Shown: positions 1 through 12,736 of the stretch, piece after piece
Layout of the letters: each line of letters begins with the position of its first letter
Numbering within the stretch: the first letter of the stretch is position 1
Assembly (NCBI GenBank): GCA_013239625.1
Contig: MU056029.1
Coordinates: forward strand, 930,001 to 994,000
Direction: 5' to 3'
DNA length: 64,000 nt
Source: Lama guanicoe
Lineage: Eukaryota
Made by a program: the position numbers and the translations under genes
Notes under the pieces: generated by a model
What the model saw: the letters and a program-made list of their open reading frames with translations, nothing else
Told to the model about the DNA's origin: nothing
Database searches by the model: none

Positions 1-204
1 AAGCTACAACCAGATACCGGTTTGATGGAAAAAGAAATCTATTGCTAACTCAATGCAGTGTCCTGGAAACTTCTACACATCCCATCCATAATAATAATGT
101 AAGAATAATTATTTGAGGAGAAAAGCCTCTGGGGACCTAAGACTAGAATGTGATTGTATCTAGAAAGCTGGGATCCAAATCATTTGCTTCTGATTCGTCT
201 AAAG

Positions 205-272
205 CAGGGGTCTGCAAATTTTTTCCTGTAAAGACCAGAAAGTAAATGATTGAGATATTACAGGCCATGCAG
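205..272. mobile_element. MER58-like hAT DNA transposon fragment
   Basis: caggggtctgcaaattttttcctgtaaagaccagaaagtaaat resembles the MER58A terminus (recalled consensus). Confidence 0.6.
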
Positions 273-1127
273 TGGACATAAAGGATGCTAGGAGAATGAG
301 AGAGAGGTGTCCAAAAAGCTGAGGGGTTACTGGAAAGCTGTATTTGGACCAACCACCCCTGTCAGGGTGCCACACTCTCCATCACTCCCCTTGCTTCCCC
401 CCTAGCCCAGGCACTGTGTAGTTTATCACCGGGATAGAACAAATCATCAACAGCAATAACAAAGCACAGACATCTTTAATAAAGGCATTAAAAATAATGA
501 TCTGTGGAGAACTGGCCTCCAAGAGAAGGCAGAAGGAGCCCAGAAAAGAAAGGGCCTTTGTAATTTGGCACTGGGGTGCCTAGCATCTAGGTCAGCTCTC
601 TGTTTGCTCACTCTAAAATAAAATATTCCCACTAGAATCCCAGAAACATACTCAGACCTCTTATTCAGGCTTAATATTTATAGGAAAAACCTGGTTGTAC
701 GGGAGAACCACATGAGAGGTATGATACAAAGACCACCAGAGAAAGCGAAATCACAAAATATCTCACAAGAGGCCATCTTTCTTAGAAAGAAAACTACAGG
801 CATTTAAAAAAAATAACCACAATAAACAAAAGAAAAATTAGCATTAAAATTTAATTTCTTTCAGAATCCAAGAAAGCTGCTACTATTCTGAGAGAGATTT
901 AAGAAAATCAAGCAGCCTGAGCCAAGACAAAGATCAGTGAACGAAACTCAGTTGCATTTCTACTGACTAGTAATAAAAAATCAGAAGGTGAAATTAAGCC
1001 GAAATACCATCTACAATATCATACAAAAAAATATTAAATGAGAAGGAAAAACCCAACAAAAGATGTGCAAAGTCTCTACATTTAAAACCAAAAGCTATTG
1101 TTAAGAGAAATTAAGGTAGACTTAAAG

Positions 1128-1344
1128 CAGTGGTCCTCAACCAATTGTCCATCCTGGGGAACATCTGGCAGTGACTGGAGACATGTTTGATTGACAGGAC
1201 TGGGGAGGCAGATTTTGGCACTGCAATCTAGTGAGCAGAGGCCTCAGGGAGGAAGCTCAGCATCCTACAGTGCACAGAACAGTCCTCTGCAACAAAGAGG
1301 TATGTGGTCCACAGTGTCAGTGCACCAAGGATGAGAACCCACAG
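1128..1344 (+). mobile_element. MER20 hAT-Charlie DNA transposon
   Basis: cagtggtcctcaacc...catcctacagtgcacagaacag...gagaaccc follows the MER20 consensus over ~215 bp. Confidence 0.85.
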
Positions 1345-2093
1345 TGGGGATGACAGTTCTCCACAAATTGGTGCATAAATCCATTGTAACCTCAATCAAG
1401 TTATCAGAATGTGTGTATAGTAACAAACTGATTCTAAAATTTATATGAAAATGTCCTCAAGTAGGCCAGAAAGCTTTGAGAAAGAATAACGTATTTGTGA
1501 ACTAATAGTATTTGCCTTTGAGCCTCGTTATAAAACTATAGTGGTCAAGACAGTGTGTTGTCAACTCAACATAGTCAAATAGATCAATGGAACAGACTAG
1601 AAAGTGCAGACATAGACCCACATATACATGGTAACCAGATTTCAACAAAGATAAAGAGGCGATTCAGTGGGGGAGAGTAGCCTTTCTAACAGATGGTGCT
1701 AGAACAATTGGAAAGATGCATATGGGAAAAAATGAACTTTCATTTATATTTCACAAAATATGCAAAATTAACTCAAAATGTATTGTAAGTCTGAATGTAA
1801 TACCTAAATCTATAAAACTTCTAGAAGAAAGCATAAGAAAAATCTTTGTGACCTAAAATTATGCAAACCTTTTTAGAAACAATTCCATACATATGATCTG
1901 TAAAAGAAAAACAAATTGAACTTTATCAAAATTAAAAACATATGCTTTCTGAAAAGCTATTAAGAAAATGAGAAGACAAGCATGGACAGGGAGAAAAATA
2001 GTTACAAAGCACATCTGGTAAAGGATTTGAATCTGAAATATGTAATTATATTTAGAACTCTCAAAGCACAATAGGAAAACAAATCTTAAAATG

Positions 2094-2167
2094 TCACCTT
2101 TTCCGGATATATGCCCAGGAGTGGGATTGCTGGATCGTACGGTAAATCAACTATACTTCAATTTAAA
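2094..2167 (+). mobile_element. Very short 5'-inverted L1 insertion
   Basis: Antisense L1 piece (cttttccggatatatgcccaggagtgggattgctggatc) fused to an L1 3' terminus (gtaaatcaactatacttcaatttaaaa). Flanked by aaaatg direct repeats. Confidence 0.7.
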
Positions 2168-2594
2168 AAAATGAACCGAAGATATGACAGACCCTTTATC
2201 AGTGAAAACAGAGAGATAGCAAATAACACATGGAAAGATGCTCAACATCACTAGTCAATACGGAAGTGCAAATTAAAACCAAAAGGAGATACACTCATGT
2301 AACTACTGAATGGATAAAACTAGAAAACCTGACCATGCCAAGTGTTGGAGACGATGTGGAGAACCTGGAACACTCAAACACAGCTGGTGAAATGTAAAAT
2401 TGTAAAACCACTTTAGAACACAGTCTGACAGTTTCCAAAAGTGAAACCTACACCACCATGAAATCCAGCTATCTCACTCTTAGACATTTACCCAAGAAAA
2501 GTGAAAGCAAGTCTAGGCAAAGCTGTATATGAACGGTCTAAAAGTGGAAACAAGCCAAATGTCTGTCAACAGGTAGAGGGACTGTGGATATGTG

Positions 2595-3118
2595 TGTAAT
2601 AGAGGAGAACAAATCTGACTCCACATTGGCTCTGCTCCTTTAGTTTTACCCACTGTGCCCTGTCTTCCAGGCTCAGTCTTGCCAGCTCTGCACCTTTTGT
2701 AAAACAATGTTGCCTTTAGCCCATAATATGCAGGAAAGCCTATTCTAGGGGCTCTGACCTTTAAAGATGTCAGCACTTCTGCACTTATGTGGAGACAGCA
2801 AGTTGCAAAATAGTGAATAACCTTTGTTTTGCTGGAGGTTTAGAGGGACACCATGACCTGGATCACGTGGACGGATGCAAAAACAAAGAATTCTTGTAGT
2901 AAGAAGTTTGCAACAACCAACCACACCTCCTCCTCTGTTTTTTGTATAAAAAGAACCTGTATTCTGCCTTGAGTAGGATGGTCCTCCAAGACATTAGTCT
3001 CCCATCCTTTTGGTCTGCTGGCTTTCTGAATAAAGTCACTATTCCTTGCCCCAGCACCTCATCTTCTGATTTATTGGCCTGTTGTGCAGCAAGCAGAAGG
3101 AGTTTGGACTCGGTAACA
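2595..3118 (+). mobile_element. ERV1-type solo LTR
   Basis: TGTAAT...GGTAACA termini, TATA-like gtataaaa near 2944, AATAAA near 3029. It interrupts the L1 3' UTR, which resumes afterwards. Confidence 0.8.
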
Positions 3119-4633
3119 TCTGTACAATGGAATACTACTCAGCAATAAAAAGCAGTGAAGTATTGAAACACACCACATATGGGTGAATCTCAAAATAATT
3201 ATGCTGAGTGAAAGATGTTAGCCATAAAAAAGGGGATACTGTTCAATTTAATTAATATAAAATTTTAGAAAATACAAACCAATCTCTATAGTGTGTCATT
3301 TGTTGCTTCAGGACAAGACTGGGTGTCTCAGAGGAGGGTAAAGATACTACAAAGAGGTTCAAGTAAACTTTAGAGGAAATGAGTATGTTCACTCTTTTGA
3401 TTGTGATGATGGTTTTGCATATGTCAAATGTTATCAAGTGACACATTTTGAATATGTATAGTTTTTATATGTCATATATACTTCTAAAAAGATATTTAAA
3501 CAATGAAACAGATTGTTAAAAGATAAAGTCAATCACCTAGAATACAGAGCTAACAGACAAAAGCCAGAATAGGAGAGGAAGATTATATAATAAGGATTAA
3601 ACCATTAAGTACAAAATCTGACTAATAGAAGCATATAAAAAAAGGTGGAGAATATTTTCTTAAAAAAATAAGATAAGTGTTGAGAGCTCAGAGATACATA
3701 TCTTTAGATTTATTTGGAGTTTTACCCAGGATCTAACACACTATACAAAAAAGACTCATGCTACATGCACCTTTATGAAATATTTGATAGAAAGATGTCC
3801 TAAAATTTCCCTTAATTTAGGGGCAATTGAGTAAGAGCTTGAGAAGCTGGGAGTGAGTCCATATAAGTAAATAAAAACTAGCCAGCATCAAACTTGCTAT
3901 AAGCATCACTAGATGATAAAAATACAATGGTACAATGATTTCAAAGTTCTAGGAAAATTACCTCCAATCTATGTCAATACCTAGCTAACCACCAATTTAA
4001 TATAAAGAACTAAGGAAAGAATTTCTGCACTCAAAGCCTTCAGAAACCATCTGTCTCACACCTGCTCCTTGGACATTAACTGAGGATGAACTTTAGCAAA
4101 AAGAATAAAACCAGGAAAGGGGAAGCCATGGGCTATTAAAAATGTTGAAACTAATTCAGAAATCAGAGGATGAGAGTTTTGCAGTAGGTCCAAAAAGCAA
4201 GCAGTTTTAATTTCTATGGGAAGACAATCAATGTCAAGAAGAATATTTTCATGAGGAAAAACAGAAAAAGTAACAAACAATACATTTAATGCCTAAGGTG
4301 ATAATGTTACGTACATGGGTAAGAAAGAACCCATTCTTCCTTAATTAAGAAAAAGTAATCCAAATTAGAAACTCAAGAATGGGTGTTTGTGGGTGATTGG
4401 GAGGGACTAAAACCTAGGAGAGTCTTGATGCAAAGAGATGGGCTATATGGTTTGGATCAATAGAAGTAGTGTAGGAAAAAGTAATTCATTTGATCCAGAC
4501 CTTAGGAGTATTCTTCAAATAGCCCGAGAAAGACATCATCCTGAATCCATCTGAGTAAACTGTTTAGCTCTGCTCTGAATGATATTTGTATACTTAACAA
4601 CTTCAAAGTTTTTCATTGTTTTTTAACTTTCAG

Positions 4634-5041
4634 TGAGGTGGGAAGCCCCATGAAAAGACTGGCAGGACCCCCAGGCAGGGCCACTACTTTCCCGCCAGCG
4701 CCATCCTGTTCCCTGGCCCAGAGGCATTATCTCCCTTTTGTGTTTTTGTAGAAGGACTTGCTTCTAGGAAAGCGAAACTGACCCCTAAGATCCTATTGTT
4801 TCCCAAGGCTCGCTCCTGATTGGTCCATTTCTAACACCTTATTTGCATATGGTGTTGCAAAATGTTGCAAAGTCTTGACTGGTAGCCTATAAGAGCCTGG
4901 GGGTCCAGCGCTTCAAGTGTTAACTCCTCTGGACCTGCCGGTATAATAAACCTGAGTTTTCCAACCCTCCGAGTGTCGCTTGGTCTCTTGCCAGGATCCA
5001 GGTTGCTGTAACACTGAGCTGTAACACACTTTGCTGTAACA
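4634..5041 (+). mobile_element. ERV1-type solo LTR (same family as 26639-27147)
   Basis: TG...CA termini, CCAAT (gattgg), octamer ATTTGCAT, cctataa, aataaa. Imperfect 4-bp TSD tcag/ttag. Confidence 0.85.
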
Positions 5042-5411
5042 TTAGAATAATTTATAAGTAAAATCCTGAAGGCTGAAGTACAGTCACGTGCTGAATGACA
5101 AAATTCTCAACCTCCACGATGCAGTAAGAGTTGAGCATCTCTTCTCACACATTGTCAATTCATCCTGCTTTCCAGGCAGAAAAAATTTTAACTATAGTAT
5201 TTCTGTTTTTTTCTTTCTAATACATATTTTTGTGCGCTCAACTCAGATCCTAAACCCTGAGCACTTACATAGTATATAGCTCAATGATGTGAGCTGTTCA
5301 CTACTTTTCAACATTTGGAATCACTCTATAAACATATCGAAGAATAAAATGCAAGTTTATGATGGTAGGCAAAATGTAAATGTTTTCAACCTTGATAATG
5401 TAAAAGTATAT

Positions 5412-5540
5412 GGGGAAGGCATAGCTCAAGTTATAGCTCGAGTGGTAGAGTGCATGCTTAGCATGCGTAACATCCTGGGTTCAATTCCCTTCAAAAGTGA
5501 GAAAATAAGTAAATGTAATTACTCCCCCCCAAATTTTTTT
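5412..5540 (+). mobile_element. tRNA-derived SINE (camelid Vic-1-like)
   Basis: A-box (tagctcgagtggtag, locally duplicated) and B-box-like ggttcaattcc. TSD aaagtata. Confidence 0.85.
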
Positions 5541-6746
5541 AAAGTATAGTTACAATTAACAGAAGATGGAAGGTGAGGAAAGGGAAAGAGAAACCCATGA
5601 AGAACTGGGGTGTGAACACCTTTCCCTAAAATAACAGGGTCAGGTGACTGCCGCTGGACCCGGGGGGGAATCAGAAATGCAGATTTAAGTTGAAAGATAC
5701 TTTCTTGTAATCACTGACTACCAGGGCTGCTAACTAGCTTCCTTTTTGGTTTCAGGATGTACACACCCACACCCACACCCACACCAGACATCATGTGAAG
5801 TCGGCCGCTTCTGGGGACAACATTTTGCTTACAAATTCTGTCTGCATTGCTTGCCTGTGGATTTTGAGTGGAACCTATTTATGGAAAAGGCAAGGGCCAC
5901 AGAGTAAGTCCCTCTAATGCCAGGAGTGCTTCAGTCGCTAACCATTGTTGCTTTAGCCCCACAGGGGCTAAACGTCCTAACTTAATAATGTTATCACAGG
6001 GTCCAAAGAGTCAATTTTCTCTGAAGAATAATTTTCCCATTCAGAGGAGATCTGACCATCCCTGTCCTCTAAAAGCTGGTGAAAAGGAGGTGGGAGAGAA
6101 TTGTGGGAAACAATGCCTAATGTGTTTGTGGCCCGTGGCAGCCATGGGGACCAGGGGTGAGTAAATTCTGGGTAGAGGCTCTCACGTATAATGGACCCTG
6201 CATTCAGTGGGGCTTTCTTGGTCAACCAAAGGTGGGATGCTTTTAAAAGAAGCTTTAAGAAATTTGATGACAATTTGAAAATCCTTTATTTTTCTGTAGT
6301 TATTGGTAATTTCAACTTGACATCCGAGTGAATAGTACTGTAGCCCAATTAAGTAAGAACTGTCCCCATAGTGGCGTTCCAGTCCTAGACAAAGGGTTCT
6401 TGTGAAATAGGTCCAGATCGGGACCAAGTGGACTAGGGCTGTAAAACACTGGTCCATAGGTTAAAAAAAAAAAAGAAAGAAAAAGAAAACATGAACTGTA
6501 AGGAATTACTGACGAGTTTATATTACTTTGTTCAGAGCAGGCACATTGGAAGGCGATTACGTTCCATTGAATCCAACCTCCATTAAATCTTAACTGGCTG
6601 AGGGCATTTTTAAGACTGACAACCACCGTGGGGAGCTTTCCCTTCACAGTGTGCACATGTGAGCCGGCAGCCTTTCAAGGGGTCTAGAGATGTATTTCCC
6701 AACAAGATTTCTGTCTGGTTTGAGGTGTCTGAGGATCTGAGCTAGT

Positions 6747-6771
6747 TCATTCATTCATTCATTCATTCATT
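6747..6771 (+). repeat. (TCAT)n repeat, probably an L2 tail
   Basis: ttcattcattcattcattcattcattc. Confidence 0.8.
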
Positions 6772-7184
6772 CCCTCACTCACTAACAGACACTGCTCATT
6801 ACTTTCTCACTGGAGACAGAATGAGGAAAATTGCTTTTTGGTTCCCAAGAACTAAAGAGTAGGAACCATACCACCTGTGTCTGACCTTTAATATAAAAAT
6901 ATTTCTCTCTTAAAACACTTATTTGAAGACAAGGACAAGTTGGATCTCTGTGTGTCTAGTTGGCCTTTGAAGTTCAGAATCAATCATGATAAAAAAAAAA
7001 AGTCAGGGTCCAACAGGTCTCACAGGCAGTCAGTTCTGAGCTTACTTCTTTCTACTTTCAGCATAACCTAAACGGGCACGTGCAACAAAAATACCCGGAA
7101 TGAAAGTAACCACCCCATTTCAACAACAGGTAGACAAGGAAGAAGAACTGTATCCGCCTTCACATTTAAGTCAGTTAGTCCTTT

Positions 7185-7190
7185 TTTAAT
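7185..7190 (-). terminator. Candidate distal polyadenylation signal (ATTAAA)
   Basis: Plus tttaat = ATTAAA on minus. Downstream minus sequence ttcttcttccttgtctacctgttgttg is U/GU-rich. A second ATTAAA lies at 7310-7315. Confidence 0.6.
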
Positions 7191-8714
7191 AAATTTGAGT
7201 TCATTCATCAACAAGTTTCATATTGTATCTATCACTCAATTTGGCTGTTTTTTTTTTCATGTCAAATAATACCAAAAAATTACATCAATGTGCTTAAGCA
7301 AAATTGGGTTTTAATTTATCTTTACAATGAAATGAAATCAACATGGGAATTGATCATGACAGCAGTCGCCTACTCCTATTAGAATAATCCTGTACTTACC
7401 TTGAACACACTCACTGACTTGTGAAGTAGAAATGTGACACAAGAATGACAAGGCGGTTCCTGGGGCTCGTCCTAAGGAGAGGCATGGTGCAGGGGTCACG
7501 CTCTGGGAGGTCACTGTTTACCCAGGGGTTGGGAATTGAGTATTTCAGGAAAACATGGCACCTTTCAATGCAGTAGAAGAGGTAATAATCGATCCAAGGC
7601 ACACTAGTTGTGTCCTGGGAAAATTTAACCCACCCGGGCAGCTCTTTGCCCCACGATTTAGTGTTGCCCTGACCGACGACGGCTCACAAAAGATGAGAAC
7701 CAGAGTCAATTCCACGAGTAACAAAACATTTTGCTAATTGTCCCATTTCACTTACTGAAAAATGGCCAGAAATATGAACTGGTTTTCAGGTGTCGAGTTA
7801 AAGTAAGAATTATGGGATGGTTTATCACTTCAAGCCAGGAGATTCAAAGTCGGACACGTCCTCCGTTTTACAACACGCCATTGTGGGACAAACACCAGTG
7901 GGATTATCTACTAGAGGCTGAAAATGAACACCTGCAGTTGCCATGTGCCTGTCCCCTTAAAACCAGTCCCAACGGGCTTGGCAGCACCTCTGAACTGAAG
8001 ATCTCCTTGGTGAGAATGTTAGTTCCATAGCTGGCCGGGGGAGAAGTGCCTCTGATGTGAGTGGCTGAACATGGCAAAAGTTCCGGGTGCTGGCATTACA
8101 AACACATGATAGTGAGGATGCACGTGGAGCAGGGTATTACTGTGACATATTCCTAGTGCACTTAAGATTCAGAGGGAAATGAACATCTCATGGTATAGAC
8201 AGCGAAAGCCTCCACAGTCCTGGGGTTGGTGAACGAGAACTTGTTTCAAGATGCCTCGGTCTTTTCCGTCTTTCTCTGTAGGGATGTATGTAGTGGGCTC
8301 TGGAATTGTCTCCAGTGTATCTGAATAGGGGTAATCCCAAACTTATCACAAGATCTTTCTGCACGCTTTGAGTCCCCGTGAAGCATTTTGGAAAGACAGG
8401 ACTACATAGAAAATCAACTTTTTTATTACGTTCAGGTGTTGAGAAAGAGAGATCATTATATTCCAAATTCAACTGTTCTCTCCTGACTCGAGAAGTCTGG
8501 ATGTGGGTAACAGCCACCTCAGATTAATGTCAGGGATCCAGGTTCAGAATTCATCGACATGCCTTACTCACTGGCTCCCATAACTACTCTGGAGTAAAAA
8601 TGAGAGGACGTCGTAACTGAGCGGAGAACCAAACTCAGCTTTGTTCTGCCAGCACGGAGTTCTGCTTCTCAGTATTTCGGACAACTTTTAAAAATGGAGA
8701 AGCTATAAAAGAAC

Positions 8715-8720
8715 TTTATT
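8715..8720 (-). terminator. Candidate proximal polyadenylation signal (AATAAA)
   Basis: Plus tttatt in a U-rich mRNA context. Another AATAAA lies at 8422-8427. Confidence 0.4.
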
Positions 8721-8810
8721 AGAAGAAAAGTAATTTTCTTCTAAAATGGAGTAAAGCAAACACATATCCAAGGATTTTAAAAAGTTTTTTTTTACAGAAT
8801 ATATGTATTT

Positions 8811-8832
8811 GTGTGTGTGTGTGTGTGTGTGT
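8811..8832 (+). repeat. (GT)11 microsatellite; (AC)n in the 3' UTR
   Basis: Directly visible. Confidence 0.95.
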
Positions 8833-11418
8833 AGTTACAAACACTATTTATAGTATAGCTATTATGTTTAACGTCATCGCAGTGTCTACAAAGTTGTGGA
8901 TCCCAGTCTTGGTGCCAAATGCATATAAAAAGCTCAAAAGCTATCATGACTATTCCATGCAAATTTATATCCGGAAAACCTTGGGAGGGAGACTGCAGCT
9001 CCTCTGAGCCCCGGGGAGGTCTCTGCCGTTGAGAGTTGGGTACCTCAACGGTGCATCGAAAACACCTCGAATCACTTTTCTCCCAGAAAGAATTAATGTC
9101 ACAGTTTTGAACGTGTAAATCCTACACTTGAAGCAGCCGCTGACACTTTTGTCAGCGCTCATGTGCAGTCTGGGTCCCTTTTCTGCATGTGGAGCGCACG
9201 CCTGAAATCGCTGATATAAGGAAAAGGTACCTGAAGTGCTGAAAGGGATAAGGTCTTCACAATGTCTTTTTTTTTTTTCTTTAACATGTTAACAGTGATA
9301 AGGCCACTTTACAAGGTTCTCCCCAATCTGTTTAATTGTTAGGATCCCCCATTGTTACCCATGGGAAAAAACTGTCAGAGAAAAGCCAGAGAACAAGAAA
9401 TCACTTGGCTAGTCTCCGGACAAAACTAAAACCAGAGAGCAGCGGTTGGGAGAAGATGCAGAAAAAAGGTAAGAATGGAAGAGGGGAAAGGGAATAAAAA
9501 TTGGCCATTGCTTCTAGCATGAGATTTTGTGGACGGGTCTACCTGACAGTGGGTTTGGACTGTTACCAATGCCCGCAAGTTCAAGGTTGTCATTAGCCTC
9601 CAAGGAAAAGCAAGTAGTGGTCGCTCTTGGGGACAGCCCTCGGCACCCACACCCGCAGGGAGGTGGGGGTGCCTCTATCTACAGGGAGAGAGCTGGGGCC
9701 AGAGATGAGAGCGCTGGACGAGACTCTGGTCACTGGTTTTGGACAGAACAGAGAGGGTGAGGCATGTGTGGCGTTTTGGGATAAAGTCTTAATTTTGCAG
9801 TTCTTTCCTGAATATTTTGCTTTTTTTTTTTCTCCAAATGCTTAACTTCACTGTGACATCTGTTTGCACAATCTGTAGTCATTTCAGTTTATGGATGCCT
9901 GTGATAGAAATATTGTTTACAAAAAATATATCATCTCTTTTTTTTTTCTTTAGAAAGATCTCATCTAAATAGTAAGTTAAGGTTGCATCTATGAAACCGG
10001 TGCACCTTGTCTTGTTTCTACGAGCTTTAAAAAGTCCAAATACTGATGAGGCTGTGGATCAGAAAGAACCCAGAGTGACTGTGTTTGTGGTCAGGTTGCT
10101 CTCCTTGGCCTCAAGAGAACGGTCATGGGTCACGGGGTGATACATGGTGTGTACTGGTCGTGTTCCTGCAGGGTCCCAGCTCCACTAGGAGGAGTTGGAT
10201 GTGCTTGTGAGAGATGTCAGATACAGAAATAAAGGCGTGAGGATGCTTCTCGGTTGCTGAAACTGAACAGAAGTGTTTGAGCTTCAATCTTAATTCTAGA
10301 AAACAGAAAGCAGGTACAGCACATAAAGAAAAATCTGATCTCGCATGCTGCCGTGAGAGCAAGCAGAAGAAACCAAATCTCGGTAAATATACATGGATAT
10401 GCATATTATGCAAATATATTTTATATGAACACACAATGTTATAAGTGGTCGATAACTCAAAGACAAGGGGGAAAATCATCCTAGACGGCCTGACCTTAGA
10501 GTTATTCAAATAACCTGAGACGTCCAAGCTTTCTGTTAGGTATCGGGCTTGGAAATCTGTGAGAGATGTGGAGCACATTTCCAGTGATTGAAATGTCAAC
10601 TAAAGATCACCAAAATGTGCCACTGTGTTCGCACGTGACGTAAGCTGGATCCACTCCAGGTGAACAGAAAAGACACTGTACATCGGAGTACTTACAATGA
10701 GATGCCATCTGTTCCCAATGCAAAAGATGGACATTCAGACACCAATCTGGGCTGTATCTACATGTAAGAAAACAGGTGAGCCCACGCCAGGGGCTCACAT
10801 CATCCACTGACCCAGTACAGAAGAAGTTTGCCTGGCGAAAGCAAACCCCATCACCTTTCAAGCCAAAAGCCTTCGCTTAATAAACCGAAAGAGAGGATGT
10901 GAAGTATGCGACTCGTTCTAAACTAGCAATACCACTGCATGAGTTTTTGAAGAACAACTAAGAGTTTCTTTCTGATTTTTAAACTAAAACATCTAACTTA
11001 TGATCGTCAAAGACACACTTGGGGATGATACTGTGTTTCGCGCCCTCATTCTCAAGGCATTACTATTTCGACGATGCTTGTCCCTTTCAATTAAAAAAGA
11101 AAAAACTATGACTTTCTTTAATATGCATCCTGTGTTAAATTGTCCATAGCTGCAAAATGTAGATATGTATGTGTATTTGTTTTACATACACATGGGTCCT
11201 TACGCCTGTGTGTATAAACATATACACATACATCCTCATATACACGTGTATTTTATATATATGCTGAGAAAGTTCACATATATATACAATTGCGTATGTA
11301 TATATGTGTGTGTCTGCGTGTGTGAGTCTGTGTGTGTGTACAGGTATAAAAACTTGACAGGCAGAGTAATATTTCACTCAGTGTTAAATGAAGTCTTTGA
11401 AAAATCAAGTACAGTCAC

Positions 11419-11781
<363 letters not shown>

Positions 11782-12369
11782 TTAGCCGCGAGCAAGCCGG
11801 GACACCTCATTTGCACATGCAAACCCGGGGCAGGCTGACGTCACACTGTCACGGCCTGTACATTAGGAGAAACCGCACGTTTGTCAAACCCAGTGCTTTG
11901 TGTTAGTGAGAAGTGTCATCTTGTGGGCTTAACTGCAGGTTAGAGATGTTATTTCCTTGATTTAAAAATTCTCACGTAGAGTGACTTACGGTGAAAGGGA
12001 ATGTGAAAACGAACATGTACATGTTCCTGCACGACTGAAGCACTGTGCTGTCCACCAGAGACTGACGCAACACCGTACACTGACTGCACTGCAGTAAAAA
12101 ATATACATAAACAAACAAACAAAACAACCCGAATAAGACCATAATTGTATCCAAAAAAAAATTCTCACATAGAAAATTACAAAAACTCAGGAAGTCCTTT
12201 TCAAATTGAAACTTCAGGTTATGAATACAAGTCCTTATTGACGACAAAATCAAAGTGCAAATGCCTTTCAAGAGGTTAACTTAGGTATTAGAACCATTTT
12301 CCACAACGACACACTGGAGAGAAACTGTACTCTCCCATTCCTTTTCGGAGTCAGCTTGTCCTCTTTTCT

Positions 12370-12736
12370 TTTTTCTTTTTTTACTGAAGTGCAGTCAGTT
12401 ACAGTGAGTCAACCTCTGGTGCGCAGCACAATGTCCCAGTCACGCATATGCATATGTATATCCGTTTTCATATTCTTCTTCATTAAAGGTTATTACAAGA
12501 TACTGACTGTATTTCCCTGGGCTATACAGGAGAAACTTAAAAAAAAATCTATGCTTTAAAATCCGTTTTATATCTAGTGGCTAACATTTGCAAATCTCAA
12601 ACTCTCAAATTTATCCCTTCCCACCCCTCTTCCCCAGTAACTGTAAGATTGTCTACTGTGTCTGAGAGTCTGTTTCTGTTTTGTAGATGAGTTTATAGTA
12701 TCCCTTTTTTTCTTTTGTTTTAGATTCCACATATGA
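12370..12736 (-). mobile_element. Young 5'-truncated L1 3' end
   Basis: Reverse complement of the L1 3' UTR seen at 38500-38840. Poly-T on plus; TSD tgtcctcttttct/tgtccccttttct (12357-12369, 12737-12749). Confidence 0.9.

Larger units (their letters stand above)
930..3500 (+). mobile_element. Old degraded L1 (ORF2 3' part and 3' UTR), interrupted by MER20, a micro-L1 and an LTR
   Basis: Typical L1 motifs: atagatcaatggaacagactagaaag, aaagatgctcaacatcactagtca, caatggaatactactcagcaataaaaag. Confidence 0.85.
7160..11418 (-). other. GABRB3: GABRB3 long 3' UTR (~4.2 kb; 3' end approximate)
   Basis: Sequence after the stop codon with no recognisable interspersed repeats. It ends at an ATTAAA followed by U/GU-rich sequence, and the length fits the long GABRB3 UTR as I recall it. 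Confidence 0.7.

Noticed and set aside
5004..5041. gctgtaaca x3 short repeats with spacers, also near 27097-27133
   Set aside because: Part of the LTR 3' end in both family copies. Far too short for a CRISPR-like array, and the DNA is mammalian.
11405..11411. miR-26 seed match TACTTGA
   Set aside because: Within ~15 nt of the stop codon, where sites are usually ineffective.
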